From: Phoronis australis
Lineage: Eukaryota; Animalia; Phoronida
NCBI GenBank assembly: GCA_002633005.1
Contig: NMRA01000002.1
Coordinates: 1,891,023-1,955,022, forward strand
Length of the DNA stretch: 64,000 nt
Direction of reading: 5' to 3'
The position numbers and the translations under genes are program-made. The notes beneath the pieces were generated by a model that made no database searches, was not told the DNA's origin, and saw nothing but the letters and a program-made list of their open reading frames with translations. Below, in pieces: positions 39,201 to 51,702 of this stretch (positions are counted from its first letter, which is position 1; each line of letters starts with the position of its first letter).

Positions 39201-42200
39201 GAAAAACATGCCTAAAGTTTTGAGCACTTGCAACACAGTGCAAGAGTTTGAATCATGCTCATTAGAAAAATGGTTCTGAATAAATCACGATGCAAGTGAC
39301 AGCTAAACTAAAAATGACATGCTCCATGGTACCTACTTGATCCCCAGGGGGGGTATCCTGGATACACTATTTCCTCACAACGTAAGCCGGTGTAGTTTTC
39401 TGGACACCTGCGATTCAGAGAGCGACAACATTGAATCGTCACAAATAGAAATGTGTTAAGCGACACCTACAGGGTAAAGCGAGTCAGGCAAAGACAGGCA
39501 GGCAGTTAGAGCAGACGACATCGTCGAAAGGGACACCTGAAAACTGTTCACTAATTCTTATCAGATCTTAAAGCATAGCATTGTCATGTGGGAACTTGCA
39601 ACTATGGAGTTCATCATAACATGCTCAGGACATGTCAAGTCCAATGTCATGGTTCAAAGGTCATAGGTTTGTTTCCAAATGGAACTAGACATGTTAGTAA
39701 CCACAATGACTATCTACATCTATAGACAATAGGAATAGTCGAGTTAGAAATTGGTCTAAATTTTGTAGTCATTCATGCCTTTAGTGGTACAAATTTCTAA
39801 AGAAAGTTCTAAATTCCACATGTAGTTGAAATGGCATGCATCGTACGACTAAAATTAAAGACACCACCTCCAATAATTAATTACAAAGACATTTTTAACG
39901 CACTGTCAAATGAAACGGTACAACAATAACTAATGAAATTCATAAACGATGTTCAGATATTGTTGAACAACTTGCGTTCAACCAATCATTAACCGCCCAC
40001 AGATTTACTTCCTAACCATGCCATGCTTTAAGACCAGACAGTAACTAGTGAACAAAAAATGAACATTAACTGGCGCCAAAACCCTGGAAGATGTGGACAG
40101 CGCGACAGTGTCTATCGATGGTGCTCCAAATGAAATGACAGGGTTTTGGCAAGGACAAAACGCCTAGTACAACACACGGCGTCACTTTACCTGGCAGCAC
40201 CGGTCGGAAGTCGACAACATTTTCCTCGCACCTTTCACCAGTAAAGCTGCTCGGACATCTGTATAAAACGTGGTCACGTGAATATAACAACATTTCTCAC
40301 AGATGTAAAAACTTCACTCTACTGTAATAATGAACAATTTTTGAAACAATGTATAATAACCATGGAGATAAAGTTACAACAAGTAAATGCTTAATTATTT
40401 TTGATAGAGTTAGAGAACAGAAAAAGGAATAGACAAGTCCAAAAAATTTATTTACCGTACTGGTTAATTTATTTGCTGACCACCAGAAAACCAGAAAAAG
40501 TGGAATACAAAACCCAAACATTGCAAACATATAACACCAAACCGTTCATAGGAGCAATCCCCATGGTGCATCGCAAACTTCATTTTTCGAAACAACATCG
40601 AACCAAAAAACTTCAAAACATGAATACATTGTCAACAGGGAAATAAAATTGCTCCAAATGGACACAACACTATGGTATCCAAAACTGGCAAGTGTCGTCT
40701 GCTTCCTTACAGAGATGAATAGTCATGGGGTTTGGCATGCACTTCCCAAGATATGCCCCTCACCTTTTTCCAATTTCTATAAAAATCCGATTTCTTAAGA
40801 TATCAAGTTGACAACTGAATGCCCATGAAACCCTACGCTCCGACAGGATGGTGACAATATGCACCCACATATACATATGCTGGCACATAAAAAGGCAAGT
40901 TCAAATTAACTTCAACAAATTTAAACAGAAGTTATCTCCATTTTAATAACATACATTTTACAGAAACACTTCTTTCCATGAATTTAAATATTATCAAGAT
41001 TGAAGTTTAGTCATCCAATTACATCAAATCAAAAAAAAACTAACTGAGCACACATCCTGGAAAGCACAACAAAGGAGCATCAGGACTACAAGAGCATGCT
41101 TTATAGATAGAATTTTCAGCAAACTTACTGGCAAAGCCTTTCATTTAAGCGTGGAATGATGGCGCATTGACCACCGTTGAAACAGTACGTTTGTTCAGCA
41201 CATGAAACCCAATGTTCTTCTGAAAATAGACGTTAAAATTATGACTTTAATGCATCAGGCTCCTTGAATTAAAGTTATTGTCAGGTAACTTGGAGTAGGG
41301 AAGACACATTTCTAGAGATATCAGCATAAAGCGTTCGTTGTAAACTGAAAAACACCGCCCTAATCGTACAGGAGACGGGATCTCTGCCCGACTGTTTGAG
41401 ACATGAAACTTGTATACACCCCCGTTCTATCAAAACTAGCAGTGGTCTCAGGTTAACTGAAAGCTTTTAAACCAAACTTCTATCTAAATCAACTTTTGAT
41501 TTTCACCACGCATCATAACAAAACTGGTTTCACCTTTTTCATAACTTTTACCGCAAGTAATTAGCATTTTAACATTAACATAGAAAATACTAACATTTTG
41601 GCCAATCACGTGTAACCACCATGGATGAACGGAGACTGGCCACAAATCAGTAGGCTTCTCATGGTAAGACCATTTTGGCAATTATCTTCATGGAAACTCT
41701 GATTACCAGTTCCCAATTAACATGTCAGGATAAAAAATAAGACTTTTCTTACACTTACTTTTAAAAATGGTTGTGCTGGCAGGCGTTGTTGTTGTAGGTT
41801 GAGGCAATAATACTGTAAACAACAATAACAACAACATTGACAATATTCGTCGTTTAACAAACAAGAGCTGTGAAGAATAAGTAAAAGCTCGCCAAGTTCG
41901 AACAAACAAATTGCTAAAATCAAACTTTCTCTGTTTTCAGAACCATTTTCACAATAGTCAAGATATTGTGTGATGGTTATGGTAGTACAAAACCAGAAAA
42001 TGATGAATTATCAATTGCAAACGTTTGTGAAATCGCGTAAATAGAAATTTTAGTATCCTCCATGTTGTATCTTAAATCGGTGGGATTTTACGTCTAACAT
42101 TCAACACATGACAGTTACGATACATCACACAGAGGAATTGATAGACACAAGAAACACGTCAACTTGAAAACAATTCATCGCACCAATTAAGAAAACATTT

Positions 42201-45200
42201 GACAAACTTACCGTTTAAATTGGGCATGGTTGAAAACAAGGTAAAAATTCTGTTTTCAGTTAGATGAGAAATAACAGCTCTACAGCGTGAAATTATGTGA
42301 CATCAGTTTGAAGACCTCAGTTTTTCCCTGTAACTATATAGGTTAGGCACCCACCCACTCTTTTCTGCCAACCGGAATTCCAGCTATTTTTAGCTATTGT
42401 CACGGAACATTAAATAATTGAAGAACGTGCCTTTAACAAATCAGCCAATGAAACCGCTGATCACAGGATGTGCACAATGGTCCTTTTTGATGTATCCTAT
42501 AGAAAACTGTTCACCAGAAACCCTTGTTGTGTGTAAGAAAGATAGTGTCCTATTTAACCCCTACGGTGGATGTCCAACAGTAAACAGGTTTAACGCATGG
42601 CTTGTTTCAGAAGTTAGCCATAGAGTACAACTATAACATTAATTATTGAATTATTCATGCCAGCATTCCAGCAAACCATGAAGATATCTTTTAAAAAAAC
42701 ACCATTTAATGAATCTTGATCACATCAAAAAGCATGCGACGTCTAACTCTGAGCTCAGTCATGCACGTTAAACAAAATTATGAATGCAGATTTGCATAAA
42801 TCAAGAGAAAACTTCAATGAACACACAAACATAGCAACTGAGCAATAGGGGCCTTCGTCAGCAACAGTGTAACAACCAATCAGCAGGCGGTATCCAGGGG
42901 TGAATTCCACAATACATAGAACCAAATCTTTGCTCGTTTTTAACTACCCCATTTAACAAGTGGATAATTAGAGAAGAGATAAATCACACACGCTTGCTTA
43001 TAAATTTTTGATTGTCACTGCTTTATGGTCACTAACCAACACCATTGTTTGTACTGGCCTTATGAAAAATGCCACATTGATGTTCCAAAAATAACCAGCA
43101 TGCTTGTGAGAGAATCCAAAAACAATAAGAGCTTGTTTGTGTACCGGGTATCTGAGATATCTGAGTGGGATACTAGTAGGAAGAATGTGATTATGCACTA
43201 GATTTCCCAACAATTATTTCCCAATAATTTTTTTCATAGTGCGAACAAAAATAACTGACAAAACTTCATTTTCCCCATTTTTGAAAAGCTAACTTACTAT
43301 ATGCTAAATAATCCCAAGCTTGCACCATGTGTCTTAGAAGACAACTGAATAGCACAAACCGTTTTTATAGATGAAGTGTGTTTTCTTCCTATAAATTATT
43401 GCCAAGACAAATTTTTAAATTATCAAAACACAGGTGGAAACTGCGAGGACAATCAAAACGGGAAATAGTACCAAAGAACATTTTACATTTCTTACTAGAT
43501 TCCAGAATGTCTTTTTCTCGGGTATTAAATTTCAGCTGAATCCCAATTTGACCACCATGGCCTTAGCAAGCAAAAGTTAAACTTTGCAGGCAATTGTGGT
43601 CGAACCCGTGTCACTGCTCTTTTGCAGCCAGGACTCCCAGAAAATTTCTGAGCTCCCTCTCAGCCTAATGACCTAGTCTGGAACTGGCCAGTTCATCTAA
43701 ATATTTACACTGCTAATTGGTAATAAAAGAATACAGACAGCAGAGTGCACAGGGACTGGGTGCTGTTCAACCTGTCTGTAAACAGCAAAATGCTGTTATT
43801 CAGTCACCCTGGCTAGAAGCCAAACAAGACACCTGCGGAGGATGCTGAAGATATGGTGCAAGCAAAGTCTCATGGGAGAAATCAAGTCCAGGCACATTCA
43901 TAACATGAACTGGTGTCTCACTGAAGCTATCATATTCAAAGGTGAATTCATGGCATAAACTGGTGTCTCACTGAAGTGATCATATTCAGTCAAAGGTGAA
44001 TTCATGGCATTAACTGGTGTCTCACTGAAGTGATCATTAATTGAGTCAAAGGTGAATTCATGACATAAACTGGTGTCTCTCTGAAGTGATCATATTCAGT
44101 CAAAGGTGAATTCATGACATAAACTGGGGCATTGATGTAAAAGTAGATAAGAGTTTATTAAACAAATCACAGTAGATCCCCTATCAACATAAGCCTGCCC
44201 AGTACACGGGTTTCAAATTAAATTTAGACAGTTAAATTTTCACCCAATACCACAAGTTACTAAGGATTCCAATTGGGGAAACAGTGTAAGAGAAATGTTG
44301 GACAAGAGTCAGACTTTACTGACATCAGGGTGTCATTTGGCAGATTTTTGGAAGTGCTGGCGTGTTTCCTGTCTTGGTATGGCCAGCCTCGTTACATTAA
44401 TTAGTCTAAATGGCCCAACACCCCTGCACTTAACACCTAATGACAACAAGATGAAATGAGCACAGAATTTCAAGTATAACTGAAGCATATCTGCCGTGCC
44501 ACTGCCTAAAAGGATATCCTATAGAAGTACACACAGGAAAGGGATTGCATTAAGATGTTATCATTTTCGGAAAATGGGCATTTAATGTTTTGCAGTTTCC
44601 GTAACTTAAACTGCTGTAAAACCATTCTGAGAAAGTCCCTGCCAGCAAAGTACAAATGGTTTAATCAGAATTCCATTTTGTCCAAATGTTTGAGTTGTCC
44701 TAAGCTAAATTGTCACTTTCAATCAGTGCCCATGTGGGCTTAATTAGATCTTAGCTGGGTAGGGATGGACCACCACAGGGGCTAAAGGTCAAGTCTGGCA
44801 ATGGATCAATACTCAAATTGTTGTCTGGGACCCGCTGGATATTCTGTTAGGACCATGAGAGTGACCTTAGGTCAAAAAGGTCAAGTCTGGGTCAGGCCTG
44901 GACAACAGACAGTGTGAGAATGGCATGGAACTGATAACGTCCAGAGCTAAAGCATAAAAAAGAGCAAGTTAAAATTTTTGAAGCAAAACATCAAAAAGCA
45001 AAAAAAAATTTTAAGACTTACAGTCTGCAAACTTACAGGTGTCCCGAAATTGATTCCCCTTAACTTTAGCTTGTAGGCAAAAGTTATGGCCTGTTATTAT
45101 AGTGTTATTATAGGTCAGTCAGTGCGTGCAAACTAATTTTCAAACTGGATTGCTGATGGAATTCATAGTTGAGGTTTCTTGTCAGCAGGAATTGTTGTCA

Positions 45201-48200
45201 GAGGCTAAAACTAAAGGCTACTCCATGGATTAGACCACACCCAGCCCTAAATTCATACAAATGCAGGTTTTGGTTTTATTGGTGTCTGTGGAATCTATGA
45301 AATTGGCTTGGCTTACAGTACTGTAGACCAACTGGATAAACCTTGTGCGATACTCAATTGCTCAGCAATGAACGGGTAATCAGTCCTTTTGGATTTTACC
45401 TTTAGTAACAACACGTGTCCCTGGTTATCTTGGAAAGAATGTTTTCCATGTTAATTAATGTTGTTGACATGGTGTGTACCAACAATCCACGGAACAATGG
45501 AAAGCGATGTAAACGGCTTAGAAAAAGGCAGACACAATGACCGACACAAACCCTGTTTTATAACCACTAGGACATTGCGTTTGTTCTATGAAAGTGAATA
45601 CAGAGTCGCGATGCGGGACTTAGCTGGACCATTCACAGCGCTTTCTATTGACCCTTGGAGGCACACACCAATGAATCTCCAAGACAATCAGGGATCAGCA
45701 TTTCTCCTCAATGTAAAATCAAAATAAGGTTGCTTTATCGTTCAACTTCCACTTCTGCGTCAGTAAAAGTACAGAGGCCCTTTTGTATTATGTGATAAAA
45801 GTTGCATCTCAGGAACCTATTTTAACCAAATCCTCCTGCCAACAGCAATTCTCTGAAAACTGATGTTTCAGGATGGTAAACGTGTGAAAAAACAAATATT
45901 AGTAGGAAACAAAGGTCTTTCATATGGTTATGTAAGTTCCAATGACATCAATATGTTCCTGTTCTCCAACAAATGTCCATTATAACACCTGAACTCACCT
46001 GTAACAGAGACATTTTTGGCCGATGCCCCTAACAGGTTGATGGCCCTGCAAGTGTAGACCCCAGCATCTTTGGGACTGGCTTTTTTCACTCTCACCACGG
46101 ACAAGGTGCCTTTTCTGAACAAGAGGGAAAAATTACAAGACTATAGTTTTTAAGTATGCTTCTCAATCACACAGATCTTGCGCACAAACTGTGACCAACA
46201 ATAGTACTGGTCGTAACGTCACTATTCGCAGTACCTGGTGTGGTCACCTGTTTTACTTCTGGCAAGTACATCAACTATTGGCTAACTGGAAGATGAGTAT
46301 TGAGAAAAAATAGCGCCTCCTCTGGGAATTTCATAGTAAAGTATCAGAGCTGAACGAACGTTGTCTATGATCTCTGATAAAAATGAAGATGGCAAAAAAT
46401 GCACAAATGAACACGCAGACGTCCAAACAAGCATTGCTTGTCTGTCATCAGTAACGGTGAAAATTCAAAAAATGAAATACGACAAGCAGATAATTAACCA
46501 CTCAAATTAAATTATTTGGTTCTGTATTATTCTCAAACACTTGCGCACAGTAATTCAAAATGGGGGCAGTTAGTGCACAGGGAGCAGTCGGTTACGCATT
46601 TACTGTAACGGTCATTTTGGGCATATTTCAACTAATCACATGTCCTTTGTGACCCTTCAACTGCAAGAGGAACAGGACACCAGCAGGGACAGTCTAGAAC
46701 AACATCTAACCAGATCCAATAACATCACAGAATGTAGCCAATTAACATTTGCAAGACCAGAGGGTCTTGCAGCAATACTTGCACCTCATTGGAGTTAGGC
46801 AAGAAATAAGCGCCTAATGTTCTCAGAAGACTTTATGCTATTGCAATGCAGAAAAAAAATAATTGGTTTATTTGAACAGATTCCGACATATTAGTTAACG
46901 ATATTGACTGGGTGGTTTTGGATACAACTATGCCTGACAGTAACATGCAAAATTAAGAACGAAAGCATAGAGTTTTTGTGCATGCTGAGTGAACTGAAAT
47001 CCACCCACAGGTAAAATCTCACTTAGGACGCTATATGGCAGATGAATGAAATTTTACTTTTTCATTTTTTGATAAAACTAGCACCAAGCAAATTCATTAC
47101 CATTTTAAATTTTTATGCCACTGTGACCATTGAGAAATTGTGAACATTCAGAACAATGTTAAAAGCCTTTAAAAACTGAAAAGGTCAATTTTGGCAATCC
47201 TTTTTGTTCAAAAAGATTGGTGGGATTTTCCGTAACTCGACTCCTGGGAACAGGGAGAACGAGTTTGACAGGAAGCAGACGTGTTTTGCACAATGGAACA
47301 ATTCGCTGCGTGGTATAACTATTAACAAAAAGACAGACACCATGCAAAATTTCAGACTTCGTTGGTGGAATCATTGTCATTTTTTATGTCACGGCTGACG
47401 CTCAAGGTCGTAAATAGAGTACGTATGACCTATGGAGTATGATGTGCTCCAACAAAACGAGGTCAATGCTGAAGCTCACGATATACGGCGCTGGAACGTG
47501 CATATTATGTCAAAATTTTGCATAAAGCTAATTGCTTTAATAAAAAATGAATGACGAAAATGATTCTGAAGTTTTGCAAGTGTTCTAACAGAATTAAAAG
47601 AACGAAACATGAAAGGTATTTCTTGATTTGTGGCTAACAAAAGAAACGGTAGATGAAAGAAACCACGTTTCTGAGAAAATGAAGTAAAAAGTCAGATTTT
47701 GGAAGCACTAAAAATAGTAGTTGCCATAACCATTTTAAAAGCAACACCCTCACATAACAATATTAGCTATTACCCTATCACCAGTAAACACATTATGAAA
47801 CCAATTGAAGATGACACAAAAACAAAAAAGCAAGTTTCGGAGAATTTGCCACGATGTAATTGGATTTTGCACTTTAGCTTCAGAATGAAAGGTGGTAGTC
47901 ATTAAGTTGATGGAGTCAACAAGAGCAGACTTCAAGGAAAGGAGGAAGTTTTGATGGCAAAACAACTAGTCAAGCACTTAACAGCAAGGATTGAATGACT
48001 AATAACAATCAAGTTATGAGCAACCACGGATGATGGGACTTCTTGGCATCATCAAATGTCATTTAAAAGCTAAAAGCTGAAGAATATGAGACAGGTAGTA
48101 TAGCACCTGTTAACGAAACAGAAAAACAAAAAACAAATTTTGCACCAGTTCTCAGTTAAACAGCTGCAGGGAAAATTTAGGTACTACAGCCCTAATTCAG

Positions 48201-50674
48201 TTAGAACATTTGGCTTAGATTTTTTGTACCTTTATCACAGATCATGATTTCTTTCGGTGTACAACGTACAACAATTTGGATTAATTTGATTTTTTACCAT
48301 CTTATTTGCCAAGCTGAGGCCCAGCGACTTAAGTCATGTTTATCAGTATCAGAGACCCAAAAACAATCCCTCCTAGATCCACTTGCTCCCCCCCCATTCA
48401 GTGGAGCATCCACAACACACATCCTTCACATGGCACACACTGGCCAGTAAGTTGCCCTAGTGCGTCCACACCACCACTAAACCCGGCAACAACAATGTTC
48501 CAGAACTTTCTAATGTTATAGGAAGGCAAACTGGTAGTGTGGATGGCACTCTATAATCCAAACATACAACATTTAAAGAAGGTCATGTGTCAAACACCAG
48601 TCATTGTCCTGGTCATTGAACCAGTAACTTGGGTTTGAAAGGTTGAGTCCTTTGACCTTACTTAAAAATATCAGGAAGATTTGTTGAAGTGTAGAAAGTA
48701 AAATCATAAAAGCCGAGATGAGCTCAGCCATTACTCAAGTAGGCGTGTTAAACCGGATTTACGCTTCTCACTCTGGTGATTTTACAAAAAAAAACAGTCA
48801 GCCTACAACTTATTTAATATCTCAACACAGGGTGTGACTATTCAACGCCTAGAGCATGAAAACATGGTTTCGCGTTTTCGGTTTCTACGACAACCCATAA
48901 AAGGCATTATATGCAGCACTTTCCACAAATAATGAAAATGTGTCGGAAGTACGCCAACATCAATAAAAGTGTGCGTGACTCGAGCTTTTTCACATAGATG
49001 GACTTTAAATTTTGCAATTCAAACATTATGCTGGCAGTGCACTGCTTACTTGAGTACTTTCACAGTATTATGTACATAAATACCATAATATAGAATGAAA
49101 ATGTATCTATTTCATGTCTTCTTCAGTAAAGAGCAGGAGAGTATGGGTATTTTCCCACCTGAACAAGGAAACGTTTCACTGAAAATGACAAATCATTACT
49201 GAAGGTAATTACTTGCATGCTACTAAGGGAGCTAAATTCTATGACCATTCACAAAGACACCGGCACATTTAGGAAGTCTTAGTCATATAAGTTGGAAGTG
49301 GTTGCCTGGGCAGTGAGCCGAACATGGGGGTTAACCTGAACCAGTGCACTAATTACACTAGACAACAGTGTAAGTTAGCTGATGACCAATGAGCGCCAAA
49401 CAAGAAATAAACAATTATTTTTATGGTTACACAAAATATCGATCTTACAATCAGCATGAAACCTTTTGGTAGCATTGCATATTAAATAATAAGGTGTGTG
49501 AAAAAGAAACACCAATTAGATGGATATAAATGTTTTCTAAATATTTATAAAATGTTTAAAACAAAACTTTAAATATTTGGGTCCACAGACAAGCTGACAG
49601 ACTGTTAAACTGATGGAGTCTGCAGTAAACAGTTTGACCCCACAGTTATTTTATGAACATGTTTTCTACTAGCTTACAAGAAACAGAATCCCTGGTTAAT
49701 AGCAAGGAAACATGGGGGTTCACTGAAGCGTGCACAAGACAGCTAGACACTATCAACCCAGATTATCTGGACCGGGTGTTTTTTTAAATACTTCACACCT
49801 GAGACTGGGTCAAATAGCATCCTACTGGGCTGTAAGTTAAAAACAAATTATGTTCCCCACAAGAGAAGGAAGTGTCAGAATTAGTGCCAAGAGAAAGGTA
49901 CTCAAGATTTGATGAATTGCTTGGAATACTTGGCTTTTCAATGGAAAAGCAGCCAAAGACTGGCAAAGGAGATTGTTAAACTGAACAAAATCGGAGGGTG
50001 AATTGGGTGAAATCAGGAAGATTGAAAGCCGAAAGGTAAAATTATGGATGCATGGATCACCCTAGGGACCATTGCTGAAAAAGACATTTGCTGGCACATA
50101 CGTAGAGTGGCGGCTCTACACTCGCTACTCCTCCACTTTAGCATTGATGTAATGGAGAATACATCAAGAGGCCCTCATTGTCTGAACCATACCCTCTCTG
50201 ACCAGCATCCCAGATCTGTACTTCACATTACTATAAATATGCTAAAAGCCACATGCTAAACATCAAAGACAGAAGCTGAAGAGTTCGGACGAGGGGTACA
50301 GGCTTGTACCACTCTGACAACCACATTGCTACTTCGTGCCTATTTTTTGTTGAACACAAACATTTTGGAATCGTAAAACGAAGGAACAATATTCGGAATT
50401 TCAATATTTCTCAAGCCAAAATGGATATACCATGAAATTTTGCAAAACAAAATGTCTACGACAACCTAACCAAAAAAAGTATTTAGGCTGAAGACCATAC
50501 TCCATACTCACTTGTTTGCTCTTATTTTCAACCCTTGCCTTTTCTTAAGCGGCTCGCCATCCTTGGTCCATGTAATTTTTGGTGGAGGATTGGCAGACAC
50601 TCTACATTTAATAACAATTTTTTTGCCTTTTTTAACTTTCACTTCACCTATCTTCTTTATATTTGGAGCTTTGG
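32697..50674 (-). CDS. NRG: Pro-neuregulin-like EGFR/ErbB ligand (Ig-EGF-TM-cytoplasmic tail), 5' end not identified
   Basis: Phase-consistent exons 50674-50512, 46114-45999, 41812-41759, 41219-41129, (40258-40191 or 39407-39337), 37303-37201, 36363-36276, 33245-32697, about 410 aa. One I-set Ig domain followed by one EGF domain split between Cys4 and Cys5, then TM and RKQR...NIAN, is the neuregulin layout. Which vertebrate paralogue is closest cannot be told. Confidence 0.88.
36276..36363 (-). CDS. NRG: NRG-like cytoplasmic juxtamembrane exon
   Basis: atttag|G KQRGRQNNYNIANHELPLLDQVDSRPPQS|gtaagt. Confidence 0.88.
37201..37303 (-). CDS. NRG: NRG-like transmembrane exon (103 nt)
   Basis: tgacag|GT LERPKNVIAMGVAMGIIIGVLLFIVMIMCFLYN AG|gtatgt. 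Confidence 0.92.
37576..38285. mobile_element. TA-flanked non-autonomous DNA element in an NRG-like intron
   Basis: Left TACCGTACTCAGCCAGG versus right reverse complement TACCGTACTTGTCTAGG; an internal segment recurs near 49110 (ATTTCATGTCTT.TTCAGT.AAGA.CAGGAGAGTA). Confidence 0.7.
39337..39407 (-). CDS. NRG: NRG-like EGF C-terminal exon 2 (beta-like, 71 nt), mutually exclusive with 40191-40258
   Basis: tcgcag|G CPENYTGLRCEEIVYPGYPPWGS A|gtaggt; phase 2 to phase 1; C-x3-Y-x-G-x-R-C intact. Confidence 0.85.
40191..40258 (-). CDS. NRG: NRG-like EGF C-terminal exon 1 (alpha-like, 68 nt)
   Basis: atacag|A CPSSFTGERCEENVVDFRPVLP G|gtaaag; phase 2 to phase 1. Confidence 0.88.
41129..41219 (-). 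CDS. NRG: NRG-like common EGF exon (Cys1-Cys4)
   Basis: tttcag|(K)EHWVSCAEQTYCFNGGQCAIIPRLNERLC CA|gtaagt; H-x-x-x-C and C-x-N-G-G-x-C as in neuregulins. Confidence 0.93.
41759..41812 (-). CDS. NRG: NRG-like Thr/Pro-rich linker exon (54 nt, symmetric)
   Basis: ttacag|(V)LLPQPTTTTPASTTIFK A|gtaagt. Confidence 0.8.
43897..44127. repeat. Minisatellite, about 54-bp unit, 4+ copies
   Basis: AACTGGTGTCTCACTGAAGTGATCATATTCAGTCAAAGGTGAATTCATGGCATA starting at 43908, 43958, 44012, 44068, with a partial copy at 44122. Confidence 0.93.
45999..46114 (-). CDS. NRG: NRG-like Ig exon B
   Basis: gttcag|A KGTLSVVRVKKASPKDAGVYTCRAINLLGASAKNVSVT G|gtgagt; D-x-G-x-Y-x-C motif. Confidence 0.93.
48735..49350. 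mobile_element. Diverged second copy of the 37576-38285 element, same orientation; ends approximate
   Basis: Shared blocks ATTTCATGTCTT...GGGTATTTTCCC, CAAAGACAC.GGCACATTTA and GTTAACCT in the same order. Confidence 0.55.
50512..50674 (-). CDS. NRG: NRG-like Ig exon A
   Basis: tttcag|CC KAPNIKKIGEVKVKKGKKIVIKCRVSANPPPKITWTKDGEPLKKRQGLKIRAN AA|gtgagt; Ig Cys and W-x-K-D-G. Confidence 0.92.
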
Positions 50675-51207
50675 CTGAAAAAGAGAGAAAAGCATTATAG
50701 AACAAGACACCTTTTGAAAATCCCTTTTGGCCACCTTGTTATGCAAAAGACAATTATGGACTTTTCTGCGAGGCTAAATCAATATAGACTCGAAAATAAC
50801 AAAAATGTATTTGAACAACGATGGAAAGTTTGGGTAATTACACTATTTTCCGTGATAAGGCGCAAATATTTTGTAGCAAAATTCAGCAGAGACTCCTGGT
50901 CGGCTTTTCTCTTGCCAAATGATGTTTTAGTTCTATTTCTTCCTGCATGTTTCTCCCAGCTGTTTTAATTTCCTCATTGCGAAAGTGTGCGGTCATTTTG
51001 AACTGAGTGTCAGGCAAACTTGGACACCTCAATTCAAAGGAGATGATTGATATAGCTATCTCCTACTGATGTCTTTACTTTGGTTTACAATTATCAATGT
51101 CCAATCTTCTATGAGAGGAAAAAACAGATGGTTGGGGCTGTTAAATCATTTCGTTGAGACTGTCTCTTGATCATTTACTAGTATGAGCTGTTTCAACATG
51201 TCTGAAT

Positions 51208-51702
51208 GTCCTTTCTACTAACTCAACTCCAGTATGAGTGGAGCGTTGACATAAACTGCAAAGTTAATTGAATCTTTCATACTAGCCTCCAAGTAGCAGT
51301 GGGCGTCGAGGTAAACCGTAGATGACACTGTAGTCATCGAAATAATTGCCAGGTAGCGCTGGTGCATCCTGTGCATGATAAGAATTTTTAATGTGATGAT
51401 TTAAGAACATTTACATGTGCTAATTGATAAAACACTTGTTTCTAATTTTACCGTTGACTATTCCAGCAAAATATAAGCAACTATTAGTAACGACACTGCC
51501 CTTAATTATTGACAATAGCAGTGTTCCCTGACGATAACTTTGATGAAGTCGAAGTTGACCGTTCGTACCGCATCGCAACATGGACACTCGGCTGTTAACT
51601 CCACCTGTTTACTGCGAAGTTAACTTGCGTTGTTAAATTTGATCCATGACTGAAGTTAACCGTTCATAATGACGCAACTTCCCAGTTTAGTACAAAAGGG
51701 CC
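51208..51702. mobile_element. MITE with repeated AAGTTAAC-like motifs
   Basis: Ends GTCCTTTCTACTAAC and (reverse complement) GGCCCTTTTGTACTAAAC; about 51550-51665 is homologous to the reverse complement of about 56125-56245. Confidence 0.6.

Noticed and set aside
41125-41130. Immediate stop on read-through of the common EGF exon (CAG TAA) as an NRG1-gamma-like isoform
   Set aside because: Any phase-2 intron starting GTAA does this; there is no evidence of intron retention from sequence alone.
43897-44127. CRISPR-like periodic repeat
   Set aside because: Whole units repeat with no unique spacers, in a eukaryotic intron with no cas genes; it is a minisatellite.
45020-45024. 3-nt microexon ttgcag|ACT|gtaagt on -
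   Set aside because: No pyrimidine tract upstream; it looks like a short local repeat of ACTTACAG.
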